Assembly: GCA_963848295.1 (NCBI GenBank)
Contig: CAWKDB010000010.1
Location: forward strand, 640,001 to 704,000
Direction of reading: 5' to 3'
DNA length: 64,000 nt
DNA from: an uncultured delta proteobacterium
GTDB taxonomy: Bacteria; Myxococcota_A; Polyangia; Haliangiales; Haliangiaceae
Position 1 is the stretch's first letter. The number at the start of each line of letters is the position of its first letter. The notes under the pieces are model-generated. The model was not told the origin of the DNA. It saw only the letters and a list, made by a program, of their open reading frames with translations, and searched no databases. Positions 56,273 through 64,000 of this stretch are shown here, in pieces. Both the position numbers and the translations under genes were made by a program.

Positions 56273-57001
56273 TTACGGCGTCCGGCATACCCCTACACCG
56301 TGGTCGGTCGCGTTTTGGTCGACGTTGAGCTCGCATACGTCGTTGTCCGGGCACGCCGAGTCGGCGGCCAGCCCGCACGCATCGAGGGGTGCCGCCGGAA
56401 CCAGCGCACAGGCCCCTTCCACGCACGCAGGCGCGAGGTCGGTCGCGCACGTATCGACGCCTGGACACTGCGGATTCATCGGACAGTCCAGCTGGGCCTG
56501 GTGCGTCGCGACATCGCCGTTCGGGACGGCGGTGTCGGTGCCGCCGAGCGCGCAACCGCAGCAATCGGCTTCGACCCGCGTGCAGTCGGTGTCGAGCGCG
56601 CAAGCCGGCGGGCTGCTACCGCCATCAGCGCACGCGCACGTCAGACAGCCGTTCGCGTCGAGCGCGAAGCCGCTGTCGCACGTCAGGTCGCACGTCATCG
56701 CCGCGCAGGTCAGCACGCACGAGCCCTCGTTACAGGCGGCGCGCACGTCGCTCGAGCACGTCTGCGACTGACACGGCACGTCCTCGCATGCCGCGTGTGC
56801 CGGATCGCTGACCGGAATCGCATAGGTCGGGCACGCGCAGCAGTCGGTGCCGGCGAGGGCGCAGTCGCTGTCTTGGTTGCATTCCTCGATGCCAGCTTCG
56901 TCCGAGCCCGAGCCGTCGCCACCACCGGGTACTTCGGACGCGTCGGTCTTGACGCCGCAGCCGACGGCGACCAGACACGCGAGGAGGATCGAAGACCGCA
57001 A
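56273..57001 (-). CDS. Cysteine-rich lipoprotein (antistasin-like segment)
   Basis: AVGC lipobox; CDLTCDSGFALDANGCLTCAC; repeated CxxDxDC...DCC; start uncertain (57001 or 57022). Confidence 0.78.
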   Translation of the reverse strand: MRSSILLACLVAVGCGVKTDASEVPGGGDGSGSDEAGIEECNQDSDCALAGTDCCACPTYAIPVSDPAHAACEDVPCQSQTCSSDVRAACNEGSCVLTCAAMTCDLTCDSGFALDANGCLTCACADGGSSPPACALDTDCTRVEADCCGCALGGTDTAVPNGDVATHQAQLDCPMNPQCPGVDTCATDLAPACVEGACALVPAAPLDACGLAADSACPDNDVCELNVDQNATDHGVGVCRTP

Positions 57002-57017
57002 GTAGCTTCCTAGCAAG

Positions 57018-57033
57018 AGCACACGTCGTGCCG
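57018..57033 (-). promoter_or_regulatory. Candidate sigma54 -24/-12 promoter
   Basis: CGGCACG-ACGT-GTGCT (GG-N10-GC) just upstream of the Cys-rich lipoprotein gene. Confidence 0.45.
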
Positions 57034-57112
57034 AGCGTAACCCGGCGAGATCAGGACGCGCTACCTCAGTTTTCCGAGGCGTGATCAGACCGATCCTTTA
57101 GGGTGCCTCGCG

Positions 57113-57751
57113 ATGGGCTCCAAGATCATCACGAAGACCGATCGGCAGATGGAAGATCAGATGCTCGCCGTCGCCGCCGACCCGATGCGCGCGGACACAC
57201 TGGCGAAGGCCCGTGCGTTCAAGCGGACGTGGCTCGAGCTCGCCGAGGCGCTCGCCGCCGTGCAGCATGGCGCGACCTGGCAGCGCTGGGGCTTCACCGA
57301 CTTCGACGCGTACTGCCGCAAGGAGCTGCACCTGCGGTCGTCGACGGTCGCGAAGCTGCTCGGCAGCTACCGGTTTCTCGAGACGTCGGCGCCGCGCGTG
57401 CTCGAGCGCGCCCGCACCGACCACTTCGAGGCGCCGATCCCGACGATGCCCGCGGTCGAGTTCGTCCAGCGGGCGACCGAGCGCGCCGCCGCCGATCCCG
57501 AAACGCTCGAGACCATCCAGCGGGTCGCGTTCGACGAAGGCCTCGAGGCGCCGATGCTCGCCCGCCGGTTCAAAGATGTCGCGTTCCCAGAGACCGACCG
57601 CGATCGCCGCGAGAAGCTGCGCTCGCACATCGCGCAAGCCGCGCGCCGGCTGTCGTCGCTGATCGCCGAAGAGGGCTCGCCGGTGCCGAAGAAGATCGCG
57701 ATCCGACTCGAGGAGACGGTCGGCGAGCTGCTCGAAGCGATCGAGAACTGA
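57113..57751 (+). CDS. Conserved hypothetical protein
   Basis: Coding-like ORF (FKRTWLELAEAL, WQRWGFTDFDAYCRKEL); upstream TAGGGT. Confidence 0.75.
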   Translation: MGSKIITKTDRQMEDQMLAVAADPMRADTLAKARAFKRTWLELAEALAAVQHGATWQRWGFTDFDAYCRKELHLRSSTVAKLLGSYRFLETSAPRVLERARTDHFEAPIPTMPAVEFVQRATERAAADPETLETIQRVAFDEGLEAPMLARRFKDVAFPETDRDRREKLRSHIAQAARRLSSLIAEEGSPVPKKIAIRLEETVGELLEAIEN

Positions 57752-57767
57752 GTCGAACCGCGACGAG

Positions 57768-58427
57768 CTACGCGACCGCGAGCTTGATCGCCTGCGCGAG
57801 CAAGTACACCGCGTAGCCCATCAAGGCGATGCCGATCACGCGCGGGATCCAGGCGGCCTTCTCGCCGAGCACGCTCTTGCCTTTGTGGGTGAGGTACCCG
57901 ACGAGCGAGAACCAGCCGAAGCTGCCGCAGAACACGCCGATCGCGCACGCCGCGCCTTCGATCGTCGTCGGCGGGGTGTCGGTCACCTTCGACACGATCG
58001 AGCCCATGATCACGACCCAGGTCACGACCGCGGCGGGGTTGAGGATGATCAGCGCGACGCCGACCTTGTAGCCCTGCCACATCTCCTTCTTGTGATCGCT
58101 CGGCGCCTCCTCGCGCTCGCTGTGATGGGTTGGCTGCACCGGCTGACTGCGCGCGGTGAGAAAGCCGTAGACCAACAACACGACGCCGCTGATCGCATAG
58201 AGGATCTGCAGCACGAGCGGGTACGTCTTGAGCACCGGCGTCACGCCGAGCACGCCCAAGGCCGAGTACAAGCAATCGCCGCTCGCGGCGCCGAGCCCGA
58301 CCATCAGCGCGCGGCGCAGCGTGTGACGATACGCGGCATCGATCACCGCGACGTTGGCCGGGCCGATCGGAACGCCCGTGATGGCGCCCGCGACGATACC
58401 GGTCAACAAGAACGTCAGCGTCAGCAC
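57768..58427 (-). CDS. LysE/RhtB family translocator
   Basis: PIGPANVAVI, GLGAASGD, IILNPAAV; multiple TMs. Confidence 0.88.
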   Translation of the reverse strand: MLTLTFLLTGIVAGAITGVPIGPANVAVIDAAYRHTLRRALMVGLGAASGDCLYSALGVLGVTPVLKTYPLVLQILYAISGVVLLVYGFLTARSQPVQPTHHSEREEAPSDHKKEMWQGYKVGVALIILNPAAVVTWVVIMGSIVSKVTDTPPTTIEGAACAIGVFCGSFGWFSLVGYLTHKGKSVLGEKAAWIPRVIGIALMGYAVYLLAQAIKLAVA

Positions 58428-58458
58428 GAGGGCTCGACCACCCGTGCTATACAGCAGC

Positions 58459-59250
58459 GTGACTTCGCCTGCTACGGCGAATGACGGTGGTTCTACCGCG
58501 GTGACGATCGCCGGGCCGTCCGTGACCTGGCTCGGCCATGCCACCGCGGTCGCTAGCCTCGGCACCGGCCGCGTGCTGTTCGACCCGCTGCTGCCGTGGC
58601 GCGCGCGTGCGGCCGGGCCCGTCGACGTCGTGCTCGTGACGCACTCGCATGTCGATCACCTCAACCGCTGGAGCCTCAAGGCCGTCGATCGCGCGGCGCA
58701 GCTCGTCGTGCCGCACGGCTGCAAGGACATCGTGTCCGACCTCGGGTTCTCGCGCGTGATCGAGATGACCGCGGGCGACCAGCACGAGGTCGCCGGCTTG
58801 CAGATCGAAGCGGTCGGCACGCGCCACGATAACGGCCGCTGGCGCAAACGCGCGCTGCCCGAGTGCGTCGGCTATGTCGTCAAGGGCGGCGGCGCGACGC
58901 TGCATCACGCCGGCGATGTCGACTTCTCGGATCACTCCGTGTTCGATACGATCGGCAAGCGGTTCGCGATCGACGCGACGTTGTTGCCGATCGGCGGGAT
59001 GCTGCCGGTCTGGTACTACCGGCTGCGCCGCAAGTCGTTCGACAACGGCATCCACATCGATCCGGACTGCGCGCTCGACATCTACGAGCGCCTCGGCGCG
59101 AAGCAACTCGTGCCGGTCCATTGGGGCACGGTCCACGTGCTCGGCCTGCCCGGCTCGCCGCGGCGCCGGCTCGCGAAGGCCGTCGACGTGCGCGACGCCA
59201 AGGGCGTGCGCATCCTCGGCCACGGCAGCTCGCTTCAGATCGCGCCCTGA
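58459..59250 (+). CDS. MBL-fold metallo-hydrolase (NAPE-PLD/UlaG-like)
   Basis: WLGHAT, THSHVDH, HAGD, LLPIGG, PVHWGT. Confidence 0.9.
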   Translation: MTSPATANDGGSTAVTIAGPSVTWLGHATAVASLGTGRVLFDPLLPWRARAAGPVDVVLVTHSHVDHLNRWSLKAVDRAAQLVVPHGCKDIVSDLGFSRVIEMTAGDQHEVAGLQIEAVGTRHDNGRWRKRALPECVGYVVKGGGATLHHAGDVDFSDHSVFDTIGKRFAIDATLLPIGGMLPVWYYRLRRKSFDNGIHIDPDCALDIYERLGAKQLVPVHWGTVHVLGLPGSPRRRLAKAVDVRDAKGVRILGHGSSLQIAP

Positions 59251-59456
59251 AACTTGAGCGCGCCGATCACGCCGATCGCGCCGATCACGATGCCCATCGC
59301 GTAGCCGAACTGCTTGTCGCGGTTGACGCCGACGCTGCGATCGAGCTTGCGCGCGCGCCATAGCAAGCCGACGTCGCGCACGCCCCAGATCGCGCCGGAT
59401 CCGCCGGTGACGATCGTGAGGAACCACGCGAACGCGTTGTCGGACACGAGGTTCAT
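59235..59456 (-). CDS. Small two-TM membrane protein
   Basis: 73 aa, two hydrophobic helices; ATGA overlap with upstream gene. Confidence 0.65.
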   Translation of the reverse strand: MNLVSDNAFAWFLTIVTGGSGAIWGVRDVGLLWRARKLDRSVGVNRDKQFGYAMGIVIGAIGVIGALKFQGAI

Positions 59457-60034
59457 GCGCCCTCCGCCGGAATCGGATCGACGAGCATCCGCTTGGTGTC
59501 GTGCGCGATGATCAGCGCCATCACCGGCACGAACAGCCAGTAGAAGTAGCGGACTTCCATCCCGCCGGTCGCGAACCCGACCAGGAACCCGGTGTACGCG
59601 ACGAGCCGCTCCATCGCGTACGACTTGTAGTTCGTGGTCCGGCCCGCGCGCTTCGTGTAGACCGCGCGGAACGCCGTGTTGATGACGCCGAGCCCGATCA
59701 CGAGCACGACGGGGATGACCGGCGCCAACCCGTACGCAGCGACGACGATCAGGCAGAAGCCGTAGCAGATCGCATCGGTGACCGCATCGAACAGCTCGCC
59801 GAACGGGCTCTTGCAGTGGAACAGCTTCGCGACCAGGCCGTCGAGCTTGTCGAGCAAGCCGCAGATCAAGACGAACAGCGTCGCGTACTGCGCATAGCCA
59901 TGCGCGACCGCCCACACGAACGGCGGCAGGAACAGAAACCGCGACGCGGTGACCGCGTTCGCCGGGTTGAGCTTCGGCACGACGCGCGGAGCCGGCACCG
60001 CCGCGGTCGGGAGCTCGATCGCTTCCGCCACCAT
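59453..60034 (-). CDS. CDP-alcohol phosphatidyltransferase family protein
   Basis: NPANAVTASR, DKLDGLVAKLFHCKSPFGELFDAVTD. Confidence 0.88.
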   Translation of the reverse strand: MVAEAIELPTAAVPAPRVVPKLNPANAVTASRFLFLPPFVWAVAHGYAQYATLFVLICGLLDKLDGLVAKLFHCKSPFGELFDAVTDAICYGFCLIVVAAYGLAPVIPVVLVIGLGVINTAFRAVYTKRAGRTTNYKSYAMERLVAYTGFLVGFATGGMEVRYFYWLFVPVMALIIAHDTKRMLVDPIPAEGA

Positions 60035-60720
60035 CACCCCGCCTCGGCGTCGGCGTCTTCGCTCGCCGGCGCGAGGCCCGGGTCGACGAACCGATAGCGC
60101 TTCCACGCGAACCGCACGCGTTGCAGCAACGACACGTGCGACATGATCGCGACCGCCCAGCAGCCGGCGAGCAGTGGCCGCGGATCGTGGAGCAGCGCGG
60201 TGAAGAACACGCCGAAGCCGTAGTAGATGATGAACTCGGCCGAGCCGAAGATGCCGACGACGTCGACCGGGTGGCCGATCTTGCCCTGCTCGCGCCAGAT
60301 GTCTTGCTGGCTCTCGGCGTAGATCGACAGCTTGATGATCACGTTGGTCAGCGAGCCGGTGATCCCGAACCCGAGCACGATCAACACGTGCGGATAGTCG
60401 TAGCTGAGGTTCAAGCAGCCGCCGGCGTACATCACGCCGAGCACCCAGCGATCGCAGACGTCGTCCATCACCGCGCCGAACGTCGAGCGCTGGTTGAAGT
60501 TGCGCGCCTTGTAGCCGTCGATGTGATCGATCAGCCCGCGCACGATCAACAGCACGAAGCCGAGCCACCAGTAGCCGTAGAACAGCACGACGCCGCCGAC
60601 CAGGCCGATGACCGCGCCGAGCAGCGTCCACACGTTCGCGTGGATCGGCAGCTTGGCGAGCGCGCCGACGATGGGGAGCAGGACCCGATCGATGTGCTTG
60701 CGAAACGCGAACAGGTTCAC
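60034..60720 (-). CDS. CDP-alcohol phosphatidyltransferase family protein
   Basis: HANVWT, DHIDGYKARNFNQRSTFGAVMDDVCD. Confidence 0.88.
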   Translation of the reverse strand: MNLFAFRKHIDRVLLPIVGALAKLPIHANVWTLLGAVIGLVGGVVLFYGYWWLGFVLLIVRGLIDHIDGYKARNFNQRSTFGAVMDDVCDRWVLGVMYAGGCLNLSYDYPHVLIVLGFGITGSLTNVIIKLSIYAESQQDIWREQGKIGHPVDVVGIFGSAEFIIYYGFGVFFTALLHDPRPLLAGCWAVAIMSHVSLLQRVRFAWKRYRFVDPGLAPASEDADAEAG

Positions 60721-60748
60721 GTGGGGGTCCTTGCGGAAGTACGAGCGA

Positions 60749-62047
60749 TCATCCCTGGCGGACCGCACGCAACGTCTTGGCCAGCGCGGCCAAGAACGTA
60801 TCGATCTGCGCGGGTTTGATGGTGAGCGGCGGCTGCAGGCGCAGCACGTTGCCATAAAGGCCCGACACGGTGATCAACATACCCGCGGTATGCAGGCGGT
60901 CTTTGACCTGGCCCATCGCAGCCTTGCCGAGGATCTCCTTGGTGTCCCGGTTCTTGACCAGCTCGATCCCGCCGAGCAGGCCGGTGAACCGGACGTCGCC
61001 GATCCAGGGGTCGTTCAACGCGAACGCGGCCTCGGTGAAGTAGCGGCCCATCTTCGCCGCGTTGTCGATCAGCTTCTCGCCGAAGATCGTGTCGATCATC
61101 GCGGAGCCGGCCGCGGCCGAGACCGCATTGCCGCCCGACGTCGGGGTCGTGCCGCCGAAGAACGCCTGGCTGACCTGATCGCTCGCCAGCGTGACCGCGA
61201 GCGAGCCGACGCCGCCGGACAGGCCCTTGCCGCCGGTCATGATCTCGGGCTCGAGCCCGTAGTGCTCGACCGCGAACATCTTGCCGGTGCGACCGAGCCC
61301 GGTCTGGACCTCGTCGGCGATGAGGAGAATCTTGCGCGCCTTGCGCTCGCGATCGACGCGGTCCCACCACTTCTGCGGCGGTGCGAGGCCACCGACCGCC
61401 TGCACGACCTCGGCGATGATCGCCGCGGTCTGCGGTCGCGCGTCGAGCTTGCTCGGCAGCGAGTCGATGCACTCGGTCTTGCACGTCGACGCCGGTCCGA
61501 ACTTGCAGCGATAGCAGTACGCGGTCGGCAGCGCGTAGTTGTCCTTGCCGAGCGGCTTGCCGGCGGACTCGCGATACTTCTCGCTCGCGGTGACCTCGAG
61601 CGAGCCGAGCGTCAGGCCGTGATAGCCGTTCTCGATGTACGCGACGTCGGGCTTCTTCGTGTACTGGCGCGCCGCCTTGAGCGCGAACTCGTTCGACTCC
61701 GACCCGCCGGTCGAGAAGAACGCCTTGTGGATCGACTTCGGCGCGAGCTCGACCAGCTTCTTCGCGAGGCGAATCGCCGCGACCGTGCCGTGCTTGCCGG
61801 AGACCTGGAGCACTTCGCCGAGCTGCTTCTGCGCCGCGGCGATGATCGCCGGATGGCAGTGACCCGCGTTGTTCACGAAGTAGCCGGCGGTCAGGTCGAG
61901 GTAGACCTTGCCGTGGACATCGGTGACCTCGCAGTCTTTCGCCTTCGCGACGATGACGGGCTCGCCCGCGGGATGAGTCCACGGCCGCATGACGTACTTT
62001 TGGTCCGCCGCTTCGATGGCGTCCGGGTCTTCGAGAAGGTCGGTCAC
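60749..62047 (-). CDS. Class-III PLP-dependent aminotransferase
   Basis: YLDLTAG, GGSESNE, GYHG, LIADEVQTGLGRTG, GKGLSGG, LRLQPPL. Confidence 0.93.
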   Translation of the reverse strand: MTDLLEDPDAIEAADQKYVMRPWTHPAGEPVIVAKAKDCEVTDVHGKVYLDLTAGYFVNNAGHCHPAIIAAAQKQLGEVLQVSGKHGTVAAIRLAKKLVELAPKSIHKAFFSTGGSESNEFALKAARQYTKKPDVAYIENGYHGLTLGSLEVTASEKYRESAGKPLGKDNYALPTAYCYRCKFGPASTCKTECIDSLPSKLDARPQTAAIIAEVVQAVGGLAPPQKWWDRVDRERKARKILLIADEVQTGLGRTGKMFAVEHYGLEPEIMTGGKGLSGGVGSLAVTLASDQVSQAFFGGTTPTSGGNAVSAAAGSAMIDTIFGEKLIDNAAKMGRYFTEAAFALNDPWIGDVRFTGLLGGIELVKNRDTKEILGKAAMGQVKDRLHTAGMLITVSGLYGNVLRLQPPLTIKPAQIDTFLAALAKTLRAVRQG

Positions 62048-62081
62048 GGCGGTGTTCCTACCATGGAATCCCGGCGTATCT

Positions 62082-62098
62082 CATCGCTTAAAGCGATG
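62082..62098. promoter_or_regulatory. Palindrome overlapping a TTGACA hexamer, candidate operator
   Basis: CATCGCTT-A-AAGCGATG upstream of the aminotransferase; minus-strand TTGACA at 62097-62102. Confidence 0.5.
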
Positions 62099-62111
62099 TC
62101 AACTTAGGCAC

Positions 62112-63053
62112 TTACCCGGACGCACCGGCGGTTGCCGGGCTCGCGCCGGGATCGGTCGCGAACTTGCCGTGCTCGCGCTGCCACACGCGGACCGAATCGC
62201 CGCGGATCACGCCGCCTTCGATCTCGTAGATCCGGTAGCGCGCGGTGCGCTCCGGCCGATCGTGCTCGTAGGTTCCGGATGCGATGCCGAGCACGGACAC
62301 CGGGCCATTCGGGCCGGCGAGCTGCTCGCTCATCATCCGGTGCTCGTGACCGTGCACGATCAGATCGGCGCCAGCGGCGGCGATCACGGACGCGAACGCG
62401 GCGTGGTCGCGCAGGCCGCGGATCCGGCTGAGCGCGCGCCGCCCCGCGGGCGGGTGATGGATCGCGACGACGCGCGCCTTGCCGCGTAGCCGTTCATCGG
62501 TGAGCACGCGCCCGAGCCGCGCGAGCTGGCCGGCGCCGACGTAGCCATACGCGGTGAACCACGGGGTCGCCCGGCTCGTCGTCACGCCGATCAACGCGAG
62601 CTCGCCGCGGACGCGCACGATCGGCCAATGCAGATCGTCGTCGGAGTCGTCGCCGTCGCGATCGGCATCGGTCCACTCCCAGCCCGCGTCGGTCGTGTTG
62701 TACGGCGCGAAGATCGCGGCGAAGTGCGCGATGCCCTCGGCGACGTACGCGTCGTGATTGCCCGGCAGCACGGTGACGTTCGTCGGCCCGCCGGCGAGCA
62801 GATCGAACTTGCCGCGCGCGAACTGGAACTCGCGCTCGAGCGCGAGGTTCGTGACGTCACCCGAGCACATCACGTGCTCGATGCCCTGCGCGTTGAGATC
62901 CGCGATCATGTCGTCGAACGCCGCGACGTGATAGTGCCGGCTGCGATTCGACAACAGATTCGCCGCGCCGAGCCAGCGCTTGTTGAGCAAGCTGCGCCAA
63001 CTCTCGCCGTCGTGCGACAGCAGGTGCAGGTCCGAGCAGTGTGCGAGTCGCAC
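62112..63053 (-). CDS. Calcineurin-like metallophosphoesterase
   Basis: SDLH, SGDVTN, PGNHD, HHPP, HGHEH. Confidence 0.92.
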   Translation of the reverse strand: MRLAHCSDLHLLSHDGESWRSLLNKRWLGAANLLSNRSRHYHVAAFDDMIADLNAQGIEHVMCSGDVTNLALEREFQFARGKFDLLAGGPTNVTVLPGNHDAYVAEGIAHFAAIFAPYNTTDAGWEWTDADRDGDDSDDDLHWPIVRVRGELALIGVTTSRATPWFTAYGYVGAGQLARLGRVLTDERLRGKARVVAIHHPPAGRRALSRIRGLRDHAAFASVIAAAGADLIVHGHEHRMMSEQLAGPNGPVSVLGIASGTYEHDRPERTARYRIYEIEGGVIRGDSVRVWQREHGKFATDPGASPATAGASG

Positions 63054-63080
63054 GTGCCATGCGTAGCACGACCGGCGCGG

Positions 63081-64000
63081 TCAGTACGGATAGCCGATGG
63101 CGACGTAGACGCTGAGTCCCTCACCGCCGTCTGCGAGATCGATCCGCCCGACCAGCCGGGGGTGCACGAACGCGCGCAACCCGACGCCGGCGGCGAGTCG
63201 CGGGTGGGACAACGCGCCGTCGAACGAGTGAAAGACCTGTCCCGTCGCGACGAACGGATCGACGCGCCAGTCCGCGGTGACCCCGAACAGGTGCGTCCGG
63301 AGCACGCGAACCCGTTGCTCGAGCTCGAGCGTCCACGCCTGGCGATCGACGAACCGACCCTCGATGAAGCCGCGCATCAGGTCCTGGCCGCCGAGCATGC
63401 TCTGGTCGTAGAAAGGCGCGTCTGCCGAGCTCACCGCGTTCCAGTAGAACCGCGCGGCTCCGGACAGCCGCGACAGCTCCGGGACGATCGCGTTCGCCTG
63501 CACGCCGCCGCGCAAGAACGACGGCGAGCCGGAGAGGCCCTCGACGACCGTGCCCCACGCGTCGAGCCGGATGCCGCGATCGGCGTAGTCTCCGCCGACG
63601 CGATCGTCGTAGCGCACGTCGAGGCCCTCCGACAGCAGCGTGCTGCTCGCGCGCATCCCCGGTGCGTCGGGGAATTGCTCCGGTGACAGCGGGAGACCGG
63701 GGACGCCGGTGTCATCGACGCCGTCGTGGTCGATCTCGAGCGTCAGCCCGAGGTTGAAGTCCTTCATCAAGTTGAGGCCGCGACGCTCCCTCGCGAACGC
63801 CCGGCGGGCGGTGTAGCTGCTCTGCGCGCTCGCAGGCGTGTCGTCGCCGATGCCGTAGAACCGAGCGAACGCGTCGCGCTCGAGGTGGAGCTCGGCCTCG
63901 TCGGTCCATCGCCCGACCGCATGCGGCACGCGCTGCAGCGTCGCGAATGCGAGGTAATTGATGTGCGTGCTCGCCGACGCGAACACGACGACGGTGGTAT
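63081..64000 (-). CDS. Omp85/BamA-TamA family outer-membrane protein (C-terminal part)
   Basis: LGGQDLMRGFIEGRFVD, GVGLR, terminal aromatic IGYPY. Confidence 0.85.
   Translation of the reverse strand, partial: TTVVVFASASTHINYLAFATLQRVPHAVGRWTDEAELHLERDAFARFYGIGDDTPASAQSSYTARRAFARERRGLNLMKDFNLGLTLEIDHDGVDDTGVPGLPLSPEQFPDAPGMRASSTLLSEGLDVRYDDRVGGDYADRGIRLDAWGTVVEGLSGSPSFLRGGVQANAIVPELSRLSGAARFYWNAVSSADAPFYDQSMLGGQDLMRGFIEGRFVDRQAWTLELEQRVRVLRTHLFGVTADWRVDPFVATGQVFHSFDGALSHPRLAAGVGLRAFVHPRLVGRIDLADGGEGLSVYVAIGYPY

Overview
GC-rich (visually about 70%) bacterial chromosomal DNA, most likely Myxococcota (Haliangiales/Kofleriaceae-like). The assignment rests on an AgmX/PglI-type protein, eukaryote-like Ser/Thr kinases, an FHA-sigma54 activator, Cys-rich lipoproteins and an encapsulin/EncFtn pair resembling Haliangium's. 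About 60 genes are present: part of an aryl-polyene-type type II PKS cluster with a flavin halogenase-like gene (left edge), MarR/Rieske and TetR/P450 divergons with clear operators, an encapsulin-ferritin operon, a heterodimeric ABC exporter, TolC-MlaC-phosphomutase, RNase D, acnA, glpX, hom, eno, and an operon of a class-III aminotransferase plus two CDP-alcohol phosphotransferases. No rRNA, tRNA, cas gene or intact IS was seen. The most unusual item is an element of about 470 bp in which a four-helix-bundle (IVS/Avd-like) ORF is bracketed by 50-59 bp inverted arms built from AACAGGC heptamers and an AATTGATC repeat. Other highlights are a catalytically dead RAYT/Y1-transposase homolog, a 27-bp repeat pair, an IF1/zeta-like N-terminus on a TerB-like protein, and a TANNNT hexamer just upstream of many start codons (leaderless pattern). 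acnA, eno, hom and a thioesterase carry only +1 insertions, most likely sequencing errors. All product calls come from motif recognition by eye; no searches were run.
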